From Squalus acanthias (Eukaryota): DNA of 64,000 nucleotides. Location: positions 42,782,001 through 42,846,000 of the forward strand of contig CM059432.1 in the NCBI GenBank assembly GCA_030390025.1, written 5' to 3'. The position numbers and the translations under genes are program-made. This document shows, in pieces, positions 10,771 to 22,075 of this stretch (positions are counted from its first letter, which is position 1; every line of letters begins with the position of its first letter). A model generated the notes under the pieces. It was not told where the DNA came from. It saw only the letters and a program-made list of their open reading frames with translations, and searched no databases.

Positions 10771-11492
10771 CTATGTCCTTCCATGATCCCTAAAAATGGC
10801 TTTGGGATCCCATCCTCATGGCCAAAATGTAATATATGTGGGTAGAACAAATGAAGGACAGAGGCAGGATGAGTTGCTAGTCTATGTGCTTGCTTTATTA
10901 GGCCAGAGCGAACTGAACATACTCACACTAAACCATGTGAGAAACCATCTGATAATACATTACACTCTAATTATGTGTTTGTACTGTGAGTGCAAGCAGA
11001 ACTCTGTGGCTTTGTGTGCTTTGAATGTGAGCACTGCTCTCTTTGGTTGTGTCTATTGTGATTGTGCATAGTACTTTCTAGTTGTGAGTGTGAGTAGTGT
11101 TACTTGGTTGTGTGTTATGAGTTTGAGCAGCACTCTCTCTGGTTGCGATTATGTTAGCAATATGTGCTGTGACTGTGCGCAGTCCTGTCTCTGGTTGTTT
11201 TTTATGTGATCAGTGTTCCCACTGAGTTGTGTGTATTGTATCAGCAGCACTTTCTCTGGTTGTGTGTTTGCGCTGTGAGTGTGGATAGTACTTTCTATGG
11301 TTGTGTTTCTGCATTGTAATTGTGAGCACAGCTCTCCGGTTTTGTGTGTTGCGAGCACTTCTCTCCGGTTGTGTACATTGCGAGTGTGAACACATTTTGT
11401 CTGCTTGTAAGTTGGTGTGGGCATTGTGAACAATGTACTGTCTGGTTATCTGTATTGTGAGTGTGAGCATGCTTTCTCTGCTTATATGTATG

Positions 11493-11680
11493 TGATCAGA
11501 TAATCTTTTGGTTATTGATGTTGGTTGAGGGATAATTATTGGCCAGGCACCAGGGAGAGCTCCCCTGCTCTTCTTTTAAATAGTGCCATGGTATCTTTTA
11601 CATTCACCTGAGAGGGCAGGCCAGGCCTCAGTTTAACATCTCATCCGAAAGGCAGCACTTCTGACAGTGCAGCATTCCCT
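11493..11680 (-). mobile_element. DeuSINE core fragment
   Basis: Reverse complement of 3230-3420. Confidence 0.8.
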
Positions 11681-14341
11681 CGTGTATGTCTGATCATGCA
11701 AGTTGTCGGCTGTAGCCGAGCAGCCGCTATTGGCTTGTGGCACAGAAACGCGCGCAAATTGCGCTTTTTGCCGACAACTGGGTCCAGGTGTGCAGCAGCA
11801 ACAATCAGCTCCCTCTCTGCATCAGCCGCAGTGTGCGCCAGAAACATCCTCCTGACTGCACAGAGCCCAGGAACGAGGAGCGCGCTGGGGTTTCAGTCTG
11901 TGCCCTCGGGGCTTGATGTTTTTGTTTATTGGTTGACAGATGAAGCAAACAAAATGCCAGAATGAGAAACTAGTGATGCTGTCACCTGTTTGGTAGGATG
12001 CTTAAAATGAAATCAATGTTACCATTTTCTCAATGTTGTGCAATTTGCGAGTCTTGTTTATATTTTGACGCGTTGTTGATTTAAGGAGAGCGGGCACAAC
12101 GTTCTTTAAAAGAGAAGGGTTAGATTGATTCTGTTGTTGGTTGGGGAGCAAACTGGCGTCTAAGTGATGACCTTGGTTGTACATTCTTGCCGTAGGTAAT
12201 AAACTTTTGCAATCTGTTATGGATTGTAGAAAATGGTACTGCATTGTGGAAGTGCCCCGCTTTTTATTTAAATGCAGAATCCTTTTCACAGCAGGTGAAC
12301 AAATGTTCTCTGATTAATGTGCTTGCTAATGTATGGATTTTGCTTTCTGTTAACTTGCAAAAGATTTTGTCATGAGGAAGGAGGTGTGTGCCTTTGTATA
12401 TTTGAAAGATGGGGGTGGGGCACCAGTTACATGACATCAAGCTGCATAAAGTGCAGGTGTTCAACAGGTGCATCCTGACAATACAGTTCCCAGTTTGCTT
12501 CCAGCTCCTTTACTGGTTTTGTGCTTTCTCACATTTGTTTTATTCAGGAGCAGCCATGCATTGCACACCTGTGATGTCTGCTTCTGAAAAACAAATGATC
12601 CCATTGCCTGACATTGTTACATCACATTAAAAATAGAATACAGCTTCATTGGTTCACATAGTTCCTGGCAAATGGAAGATTAAAATTAATGACTTTCAAA
12701 ATAGCACAATGCTTCTTCAACCTCAATTCAATTTGTTTCAACAGATCGCCTGTAAAATGCAATTATCTATGACAGGTAACCGAGATATAGTTTGGGTCAT
12801 CCAAAAAAAAGGAGTGAGACTAACTGAGAGTCGGCACGAGCTCGACGGGCCGAATGCCCATCTTCCGTGCTGTAACCATTCTATAATAAATGGTAATGTT
12901 TATGAAAAGGAAACTTTATAGACAAATTATAGTAAACTACAAGAATGCAAAATGAAAAAAAAATTGTCATGGTTCAAGTAATTATTCTTTTTGGATAAAA
13001 TATTTACAGTATTGCAAATGGAAATCACCAGGTATAATCAAAACATTAAATGATGTTTAAAAGTTATTGTGTAAAAAGATTTATATGTTTATGATGGCTA
13101 TTTTCCAGTAGGGTCATGGGTAAACTTAAAGGAAGATCCAAAATATTGTTATTCAAGGTAGAACTCGCAATGCAAAAAACAAATGTTTTTGAGTGAATGG
13201 ACACTCAATCATAGGATTTCTCTGTGCCAGGGAGGAGGGATTATGCTGCTACGGAGATTGTTACAATTTGTTATGGTAAATGTGAAAGGCTCATTACAGC
13301 ATTTAATATCATACATGATCTTTGGGCTACTGGAAATAGATTTATTAGACTAACTTCCCTGCCAGGCTACAGATTGCACTGATTACAGGTGCAAGGTATC
13401 CATTTTTATTTTCAAGCTAATGAACAAATTCATTATTCTTGTAATTGTGTCACGGGGTATGGAGAGGGAGAATTAGGCATTTAAACTTTCCAATGTCAAT
13501 CTGGGCAGTTTTTATGAATATTCTATGTTATGTTTCAGCATTTAGTACCTTCCTTCTTCTGTGGAAACTCTGGGGTATATTTTGACTTTGTGCGATAGTG
13601 TAAAATGGGTGATAGCGAATCGGCAGCCGTTTTGCAGCTCTCCCGATTTTTTGTTCCATTGAAGTCATTTGTTATTTAATACTTGGACCCTTCCAGAACA
13701 ATGTTAATTTTACTTACAATATTTATGTTTGTTTTAAAAATTTAGATTGCTTCCTAACTTTGGTAATTCCACACTTTCCTAATCAAGGGGGTGAATTTAC
13801 GTAGAGATTCTCCCCTTGTCCGCTGTTAACTTGGACGAAAGAGCCACGGAAATTCTGGAAAAAAGTGTAAAAGTTTATTGCATTTTTCCAGGGTTTCCAT
13901 GGCTCTTTCACCAAAGTTACAGCAGACGAGTGGGAAACCGCTGAGGAAATTCATCCTCCAAGTGTCCAAATAACTTGAATTTCCCAAGTTTCATTTACTC
14001 CCGCACCACAGTATCCTAATTTTTAAAAATCATCATTTGTAAATTTGCTGACAAATGCTTACGGTAAGCCTGTCAGAAACATTTTGTTTTAAAATCGTAA
14101 GAAGTTAAAACATACAACTCTTTTTTTGAAATGCCCTTTTTAGCATGACAGTTTCCATCAATTTCAATTTATGTAAATTTTTATTGAAAAACAAGCACTT
14201 TGAAAACAGTGATCTTTCTCTTTCCCTCCAGTCAATTTTTCAGTTGTCACTACAGGTTAGAGCCTGAAATGTATGGTGCTTGAGATGGCAGTCACTGACA
14301 CCATGCAGAAATTCATATTTTCTCATACAGGTAAAAATAAT

Positions 14342-15083
14342 GGCCCAGACTTTGCGTTGAGAATAAGGGTGAGGTGAACAGCGCTCACCGGTATTATTGA
14401 GTAAATTTGATAGGAACTTCCGGAGTACGCACATGCACAGTGAAACGCGGAAATCCGGAAGTTGTGGTATGATTTACCTTGCTCCTCCACAAGCTATGCT
14501 ATAACAGTACCTCGCTGATAGACTGAGCATTGAAATCAATGTAAGGGCGTGAAGTTGTGTTACTTACCCACTAGTTACCCACTAAACGCGCCAGAAAAAG
14601 TTAGGGCTGGTGCATTCTGGTGTAAGTGAGTTTTTAATGCTGTGATCAGTCATAATTACTGCCAAACAACACCTCTGATCCTGAAAATGTAATTTTACAA
14701 GTGTGGAGTCTCAACCCTTAAGAATTTAATTTGTGTTGGAGATATTTTTTTTTACTTTTCCTGTCTCTCCTTTATCTCTCTCTCTTAATCCTATCTTTCT
14801 TTTTCAATCTTTATTTCTCTTTCATAATTTAAATCTAATTTATACTTCTTGGTTTACTGTGTGTGTCTCAGTGAGGATTTTTCAATCTGATTGGTTGAAG
14901 AGCCTCGCTGTTTCTTGTCCTGCTCACAGATGCCACAGATCCCCTATACAGGGCGCCGTGCTAGATTGGACGCCCGATGACAGCAAGTCTATGCTCAAAA
15001 GCCCGCAAAAGCTCTGTGGGCAGCTGTCAGCATAGTGAATGGTGAGTGCCGTTCCTTCGCCGCTGACCACAAAATCCGGGTCG
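14342..15083. mobile_element. Old non-autonomous DNA transposon (Harbinger-like ends)
   Basis: Ends GGCCCAGACTTTG / CAAAATCCGGGTC. The interior resembles the reverse complement of 16618-17751. Confidence 0.5.
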
Positions 15084-15175
15084 ATGTCTGATAGATAAAA
15101 GATTTTCCATTTATAGAAAAAATTGCTAAGTGGTAATTAATGATAGCGGTAATAATTCAGGTATATACACACTCT

Positions 15176-15750
15176 GGGCTAGATTTTTCTGTTTCCCATC
15201 CACACGGTGCAGGGGGGGGGGGGAACCGGGAGACGGCGGGAAACCCGGAAGTTCGGGTTTCCCGGCACGAACGCACATGCGACGTAAAGGGCAGGTTGCA
15301 GTCTTGCGGGGAATGTGGACCAGGAGGCCTCAGGACCAAGCAGGTGCTGGGCCCAGGATAGTGGGTGGGGGGGGGGGGGGGGTCGAAGCCCGAGGGTGGC
15401 TGAGTCACGATCCTGGGGGGGTCCAATCCCCGACCCGGGGCTGAGTCACGATCCCTGGGGGCGGGGGTTCCGAGTCCAAGGGGTCCGATCCCGGAGGGTG
15501 GTTCTGATTCCCCAACCCCGGGGCTGAGTCCCGATCCCCGCGGGGGGGATGTTCCAAGCCTGGGGGGGGGGGCGGGGGACAATGATGGGGGAGCTTGGGG
15601 AGCCAGGAGGAAGCATTCCTGCTCATCCCAGCCCACAAGGATTGCTCCCTGAGGCTGAGGCCGCTTCATTGCAGCTACCAGGAATCCCAAGCCCCGGATC
15701 CCTGGCCGCCTGCAGTAAAATCTGCAAAACAGGTTAAAGTAGAGGCTACT
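15176..15750. mobile_element. GC-rich MITE with internal tandem repeats (one end missing)
   Basis: Starts GGGCTAGATTTT. Inverted homolog of 49135-49683, with repeated GGCTGAGTC(A/C)CGATCC units. Confidence 0.75.
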
Positions 15751-16617
15751 TTCCTGAGAAAATTCCAGTCTCTATATTTCAAAACTAGGCTTACCCTCGC
15801 TGTGTACTTTTCTCACCTTAAGATCACCTGATTTTGTAGGTATCGTCTGGTAACTTCCAAACGTATAACTATATTTAATAAATACTAACATAGTATGTGA
15901 TGCTCTGGTTGTGGAAATATTAAATTCCAAGGAGAGAGTTGAAATTTTGCATTCTGAATATAAATTTGCTTTTAAAATCCTGCAAATAAGCAGTTTTTAA
16001 ATTTAAATATTTGTAGATATTACAAGAAAGTAGATGGTGATTTGAGACCAAAAATGTTCCCCGCCCTGAACTTCAGTTTACCTGTAACTAGTATCACATG
16101 ATAAAAGGCTTTTGTAGCCACTTCCACAACAACCTACATGGCTCCAGGCATAAGAAAATTAGTCTATTGAGAAAAGCATTGCATTTATAACAGGAGTGGA
16201 TTAGCAAGAGTGTAATTAATGGTGTAAAGATATTGAGTAGCCCGTTCCCAGTTGGGACAGTTCTCACATTGATCATATGGCTTATAGCCTGAAGGATGGT
16301 TTCTTTTTTTTTCTATGACTCATTGCAGGTCTCTTGGTCTTTTGTGTTTTACTGTGTTGGTCAGAAAGGTCTAAATAGGTCAGATCTGGTACGATCTTTG
16401 CTGTGGTCTCTGCGGGATTTAATAGCGATTTTGAGAACAATGCTTCTCTGTGAATACTGGAACACTTTAAATCAAAAGTTTTTATCCTCAGATGTAGTAT
16501 TCCAGCAATATCCAGATAAAGAAAAACTTCGAACAAGAGATACATACAGCAAATTAAGTGATTCAGAAAATAGTGGAATATATTTTAATTCAGATTGTAA
16601 GCACTAAAAATAAATTA

Positions 16618-17751
16618 GACCGGATCTTGCTGGAGCGGGGCCTGTTTTTTCTGCACTCTTCAGCTCAAATGTTTTTTATGCTGTAACTTGCTGGAAGTGC
16701 GAGCTAATAACGGCGTAGCAAGGGCAACGGGGCATCTGGGACCAACAGTGTATCTCCTTAGCCAATGAGAATTAAGGATTGAGAAAGAGACAGGAATGAC
16801 AGAGAAGAAGGATGATTTGGAGTGGGTGAATTAGAGTCAAGTCAGGTATAGGGCAACACGGTGGCATAGTGGTTAGCACTGGTGCCTCACAGCGCCAGAG
16901 ACCCGGGTTCGAATCTGACCTCGGGTGACTGTCTGTGTGGAGTTTGCACATTCTCCCCGTGTCTGCGTGGGTTTCCTCCGGGTGCTCCGGTTTCCTCCCA
17001 CAGTCCAAAAATGTGTGGGTTAGGTTGATTTGGCTATGATAAATTGACCCTTAGTGTTAGGGGGGATTAAATATGTGGGGTTATGGGGATAGGATGGGAT
17101 ATGTTAGGGGGGAATTAAATACGTGGGGTTACGGGGGTAGGGTGGGATATGTGTACTGTGGGGATTAAAGCAGGGACAGGGTACTGGATTTGGATGATCA
17201 GCCATGATCGTATTGAATGGCGGAGCAGGCTCGACGGGCCGAATGGCCTACTCCTGCTCCTAGATTCTATGTTTCTATGTTTCTATATAAAGGGAAATAA
17301 AGAGCAGGGGAAAAAAAGCGACAGAAAGCAAAAGTAAGAAATTAAATTTGACATTTTTAAAATCTCTAACAACATTTGACTACATGCAGGAATAGGATTG
17401 AACACTTTAAATTGTTCCCATTCCGGGCCAGAGAGGTTTATTGGCATTGCATTAACAATTATTACATCGTTAAATAGGTACTTATGCTTTTAATTACCAG
17501 ACTTAATTTCTGTGGTGAGTTTAATGGGCAACTAATATGCAGATCCAGCAAGTTCTTAAAAATAAAGGGCAGGCTAAGGGCGAGATGCCGTTTGTGCGAA
17601 GCAAACAGCGGTGTGGCGTAAATCGACCAGCGAGTTCTGGAGTTTCGCAACTCGCCATATCTTTTCATCCCTGAAATTGCTGACTGATTTGCACATTAAT
17701 AACATAGTGCATTGTTAACATGCTGTTATTTTACCAGCAAGATTAGGCCCA
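16618..17751. mobile_element. Old non-autonomous DNA transposon hosting an HE1 SINE
   Basis: Ends GACCGGATCTTGCTGG / CCAGCAAGATTAGGCCC. Confidence 0.55.
16851..17286 (+). mobile_element. HE1-type V-SINE, full length
   Basis: tRNA-derived head (TGGCATAGTGG, GGTTCGAATC), V-domain (GTGTGGAGTTTGCACATTCTCCCCGTGTCTGCGTGGGTTTCCTCCGGG), CR1-type tail and (TTCTATGT)n end. Confidence 0.88.
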
Positions 17752-17849
17752 ATATTGTGCACAGATTCATTTCAGTTCCAACTCAAAGATTATGGTTCCA
17801 ATATTCTTCTCTTTTTCACCCTTTCCTCCCAATACCTTTTATTATTTAT

Positions 17850-18460
17850 GTTCTTTGGATGTGGACGATGCTGGCAGGGCCACATTTGTTACTCCTCCCT
17901 CGTTGTCCTGAGAAGGTAGTGGTGGGCCTTCTCCTTGAACCTTGCAGCGATGGTGCTCTGACAATGGTGTTAGGTAGAAAACTTTGGTATTTTGAACCAG
18001 CAACAATGAGAGAATGATGTAATATGTCCAAGTCAGGATGATGTGTGACTTGGAGGGGAACTTGGAAGTAATGGTGTTCCCACAATATTGCTGCTTTTGT
18101 CCTTCTCGGTAGTATAGGTCATGGGACTGGGAGGTGCTGTTGAAGTAAGCTTGGTGAGTTGCTGTAGTGTATCTTGTAGATAGTACATATGACAACCACA
18201 GTGCACTGTGGAGGTGGAGGGGTGGATATTGAGTCCAGTGGCAGAAGCGCCAATCAAGCAGACTCCTTTGTTCTGGATGATGTTGAACTTCTTGAGTGTT
18301 GCAGCTGCCCCATCCAGGTGAGTGGTGAATATTCCTGAGTTGAGCCTTCCAGATGGTGGATAGGCTTTGAGAGGACGGGGTAAGCCACTTAACGCAGAAT
18401 ACCCAGCCTTTGCCCTGCTGTGGTAACCCTCTTGTTGATATTGCTGGTCTAGTTAAGCTC
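17850..18460 (-). mobile_element. CR1-clade LINE 3' fragment, older copy of the 43362-44129 family
   Basis: Reverse-complement similarity to 43590-44110 (WEHH..QVP.QVTHHPDL). Confidence 0.8.
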
Positions 18461-20211
18461 ATTATTGCCAACCGCATCGCCTCATAAATCAGGAGACAAA
18501 CTCTTAAAAATCATGAAATTTGGTATAGAAATCATGAGTTGCTACTTTTTTTCCGACCTGACCCCTCATTGACCTTTGCTCCCAGACAGGAAGCACATTC
18601 CACGACCTTTGCTCCCGGACAGGAAGCGCTTTCGGCCATCACTAACCTCTGTCTCTCTTTCTCTCTCTCTCTCAGTAAATTTGACACCGAGCCACATGAG
18701 ATATTAGGAGAGGTTTTAAGGAACGTCTTAAAGGAGGAAAGAGGGGTAGAGAGGCGGAGAGGTTTAGGGAGTGAATTCCAATGGTGGAGCGATTAAAATC
18801 GGGAATGGGCAAATCGGGGACACTCCTGTCTACTGAGAACCGCTCCCCAAAGAGATTTGTGTTTAACCGGGACTGATTTCTATGCTACTTTCTTCATCCA
18901 GTCTCACATCTGCAGCATGATCTAACTCTTACAACATAATAGGAAGTGCATTAAACTATCCTCTACAATTGTAATCTCTCTATTCAGACTATTACTTTTT
19001 AAAGCTCACCATGCTGTACTTCAGAATATATAATGAGGAAAACAGAAAGTCAAGTTTAGTCCACTCATCACAATTGCATATGCATCATATAAAATGAAAT
19101 AATGCACAAAGGATTTCCATACAATAAACTACAATGTATTTGCAAGAATAACATCACAGCTGTCATTTTTTTCCTAATGTGACTGTTATCATACTACAAC
19201 TCCAAGGAGAGAATTGACAGCTTGGGCTCGATTTTAATTCCCGAGGTGGGTTGGAGTTGGGTTGCGTGGTGGGCGGGTTCGGGAGCCGCTTCCGGCGGGA
19301 TCAGCTGCTGATCTCCGATTTTGATTCAATGAGCTTGTTAATTTCATGGAGGCGCGCTGGCCGGTCCAATGAGTGTGATCGGATCGGCTGGCTGCCTCTG
19401 ATGATGTCATAATAGCAGCTGCTTTTAAAGCTGCCATTCAACCTAAGCCTTTCTATTGTGGTTTCCTGGACTTGATTTAAATGCTATGACTTCTTCCAGA
19501 GGCAAGGCAGCTCCTCGTTTTAATGATGACTCCCTCCATGTTCTTGTGGATGCTGTCAGAGGGCGCAGGGAGATTCTCTTCCCTCCTGATGGCTGAAGGA
19601 AGCCTCCTCAGCAGACCAAGGCAGCCTGGCTGCGCATTACTCAGGAGGTGAGCGCAAGGTCCATTTATGCACGGTCATGGATCCAGTGCCGGAAAAGGTT
19701 TACTGATCTTTTCCGAACATCAAAAGTGAGTATCCCATCTCACTTGCCTTCACTCTGCTTCCCTTCTCTTCTCATCACCAGCACTCTGTGTTGTAAGCCT
19801 CCTCCTTCACATCCCATCTTACTCTTACTTCCCTTCCACCCTTTCCTATCCATCTCTGTCTCTGCACTGAATCACTTCAGTATCCTACCTATGCACCCCT
19901 TAGACTCGCTCTCACTGTCATGCAGTGACAACAATTAACAGGGAGCTAGCTTCCTCTTGGCACCTTACCCCATCTTCGTCTCCCTCAAAGCTTCTATGGT
20001 AAGGATTATTCACACTCACTCCATCACTGTGGCTGAAAAACTGCTTGTGTCCTTCCTTGCGGGAAAAGGTAGCCCACAATAAGAGGGAGAGAGCAATGAC
20101 TGGAGGAGGAACACCTGGCCTAGTAACATTGACCAGTGCTGAGGAGGCTGCAAACGAGATTGTTGGCGGTGGCGAGGACCTGGAAGTGGGCGATGGAGAG
20201 ACAGGCACACT

Positions 20212-21323
20212 TGTAGAGATTCGCGTATCTCTGGTAAACAGGATCGAGTGCAAACCAATATGGTGGGTATATTGTGTTTAATCGGAGTTTAGGACGGAAT
20301 AAAACACACTAGTAATACAGCAAAAACATACGACTGTGACAAGCAGTTGGTACCGGACCCGATCATACAGACGGCTGGCGTGCGTGAACAGTTCTCTGGC
20401 TTCCGGCCTCTCTCTCCCTCGCTTTCTCTCTCTCTCTCTCTAGAACCTCCAATGGTGAGCATGTGATCACTCTCAAAAGAGCGTTCGACCAACCCAACTT
20501 CTTTTTGCAACTTCTGTTCGGCTCTCCCCTCCACCGTCTGTGGGCAAGCCCTTGGGGTGTCACTTTTATTCCCATTTTAGGGGTGAGCCTGAGGCCAAGT
20601 TATTGACAAGACCATTTAACCTATAGAGGTTCCTCCAAAACTTCATCAACCAATGACAGCTCAAGTTCTTTGTCTTGCCTCTTGGACGAAAGCCCCCTCC
20701 CCAAAAGAGGGTCTCATTACTTCATCCAATTTATCTTTCTTGTTTTTACATTTTGAAGGTTCCTCCATTGGAACTCGTCTTATCTCTCTTGACTCTATTC
20801 TCCTTAACCCAGCAAGTACAAGGCCTGGCCCTGTCCCTCTTAATCATAGCCCCAGCCAGAGCTGTCGCACATTAGTCAGTCGCTATCTCGCCTTCATCTA
20901 GCAAATGGCCCATTCTAAAATGGATACCTTATCCTCCTCAAATTCCTTTCATTCTATGTCTTTTCCTAATTAACTTTTAATTATCTTCACAAGCAGTTCT
21001 GCTAAACAAACTCCAAATTCTATCGGCAGAGATTATAATATGGTTATTAGTAATAATGGAAGAAACATAGGTTGGGCCTTCACTGGCCAAATTTAAGATA
21101 CATTAACAAAGTCAAAACCCTAACTTACAAACAACAGATAACTAGCCTGGCAGGGCCATCCTGTGGGCCCCCGTGTGGAATGTTTATGTTTCACCTAATC
21201 TAACTGATTAAAAAGACTGTCTCAAATTCTAATGCAAGCTTTCCAGGAAAACAAAACTTATCATTTAAAAACAGTATTATTCATGTAGCCATATACATTT
21301 TTAGGCATCCCTAGTTTCTAACA
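20212..21323 (-). repeat. 3' LTR (1112 bp)
   Basis: Direct repeat of 27624-28749. Minus-strand AATAAA at ~20565-20570. Confidence 0.95.
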
Positions 21324-21334
21324 GTCCCCACCTT
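21324..21334 (-). other. Polypurine tract
   Basis: Minus-strand AAGGTGGGGAC immediately before the 3' LTR TGTTAG. Confidence 0.75.
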
Positions 21335-21591
21335 GAGAGGGAGAAAAACTCTACTTCGACCTCTCATTTTTGACCCTCTACTAACCATGCCAACTCTAAA
21401 GTATTAGTTTGACAGGTTCAATTCACTGTTCCGGTGTTCCAATTCTGCCCCGCCTGAGGTATCCTCTGTTTCTTCTATCTTTCCTGATCTTACCCCGCCT
21501 GGGGTCTCCTCTGCATTGCCTCTGATTTTCATCCGTCATTAATTAATTAGTTCAGTTAGTCATACTTATAGATACACATTTGGCTTATGCA

Positions 21592-21912
21592 TCAAAGTCT
21601 TACTACACGGGTTACATATATCAAATATACTGTCATTACAAGTTGGAGAACTACCAGAGCGTGTGAAATGATACGAACCTAAGGGTGTGTTGATGTATAA
21701 ACCCCAATATCCCACCAGTGTGAATCGTCCCCGATGCTGTCAATTTCAATATCTATTCTCGAGTTGTCTTGCTCCAAAACATAAAATTGCTTTAGGGGGG
21801 AGTTCAGTCGCATCACGAGCTCACTGAATTCCTCAGACAACAGGAGAATGTCGTACCTGAATTGTACCACATAACTGTGCAGCTCATACTGGATCGTACT
21901 GGCTTTTCCCAC
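21592..21912 (-). pseudogene. env C-terminal remnant (heptad-like helix, HWWD, transmembrane segment)
   Basis: ...LSEEFSELVMRLNSPLKQFYVLEQDNSRIDIEIDSIGDDSHWWDIGVYTSTHP*VRIISHALVVLQLVMTVYLIYVTRVVRL*, lying between IN and the PPT. Confidence 0.65.
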
Positions 21913-22075
21913 GCTCTGTTACCTACAGAACACAATTATTACAGTCACAGTTATAATTCAGTCTTACAATCATTAGCACGTCGACTAAGTACATACATTT
22001 CAAGCGACAATGATACAAAACAAAGAATACAGAAATTGTGAAGAAAGCTACAGTTTTTCATCTAACCAGGAATAT

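Larger units (their letters stand above)
9211..10959 (-). mobile_element. Internally deleted Gypsy (Mag-like) LTR retrotransposon with ~130-bp LTRs
   Basis: Direct repeats at 9211-9322 and 10828-10959 (TGTAAT...AATACA). PBS at 10807-10824 matches the tRNA-Ser(GCT) 3' end with 2 mismatches. A purine tract lies at 9331-9350 on the minus strand. Confidence 0.85.
9140..11490. repeat. Degenerate TG-rich ~40-bp minisatellite, split by a Gypsy element (arrays at ~9140-9210 and ~10960-11490)
   Basis: Recurrent TGTGAGCA..CTCTC..GGTTGTGT units on both sides of the LTR element. Confidence 0.7.

Noticed and set aside
10960..11490. Regularly spaced repeats resembling a CRISPR array (also 15400-15560)
   Set aside because: The units are degenerate tandem repeats without unique spacers, in a eukaryotic context with no cas genes.
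16851..16925. tRNA gene-like sequence (also ~8690-8745)
   Set aside because: These are SINE heads running straight into V or Deu domains, not standalone tRNA genes.
20289..20901. ORFs repeated in both LTRs
   Set aside because: They are duplicated only because the LTRs are, they run through a microsatellite, and they have no recognisable domains.
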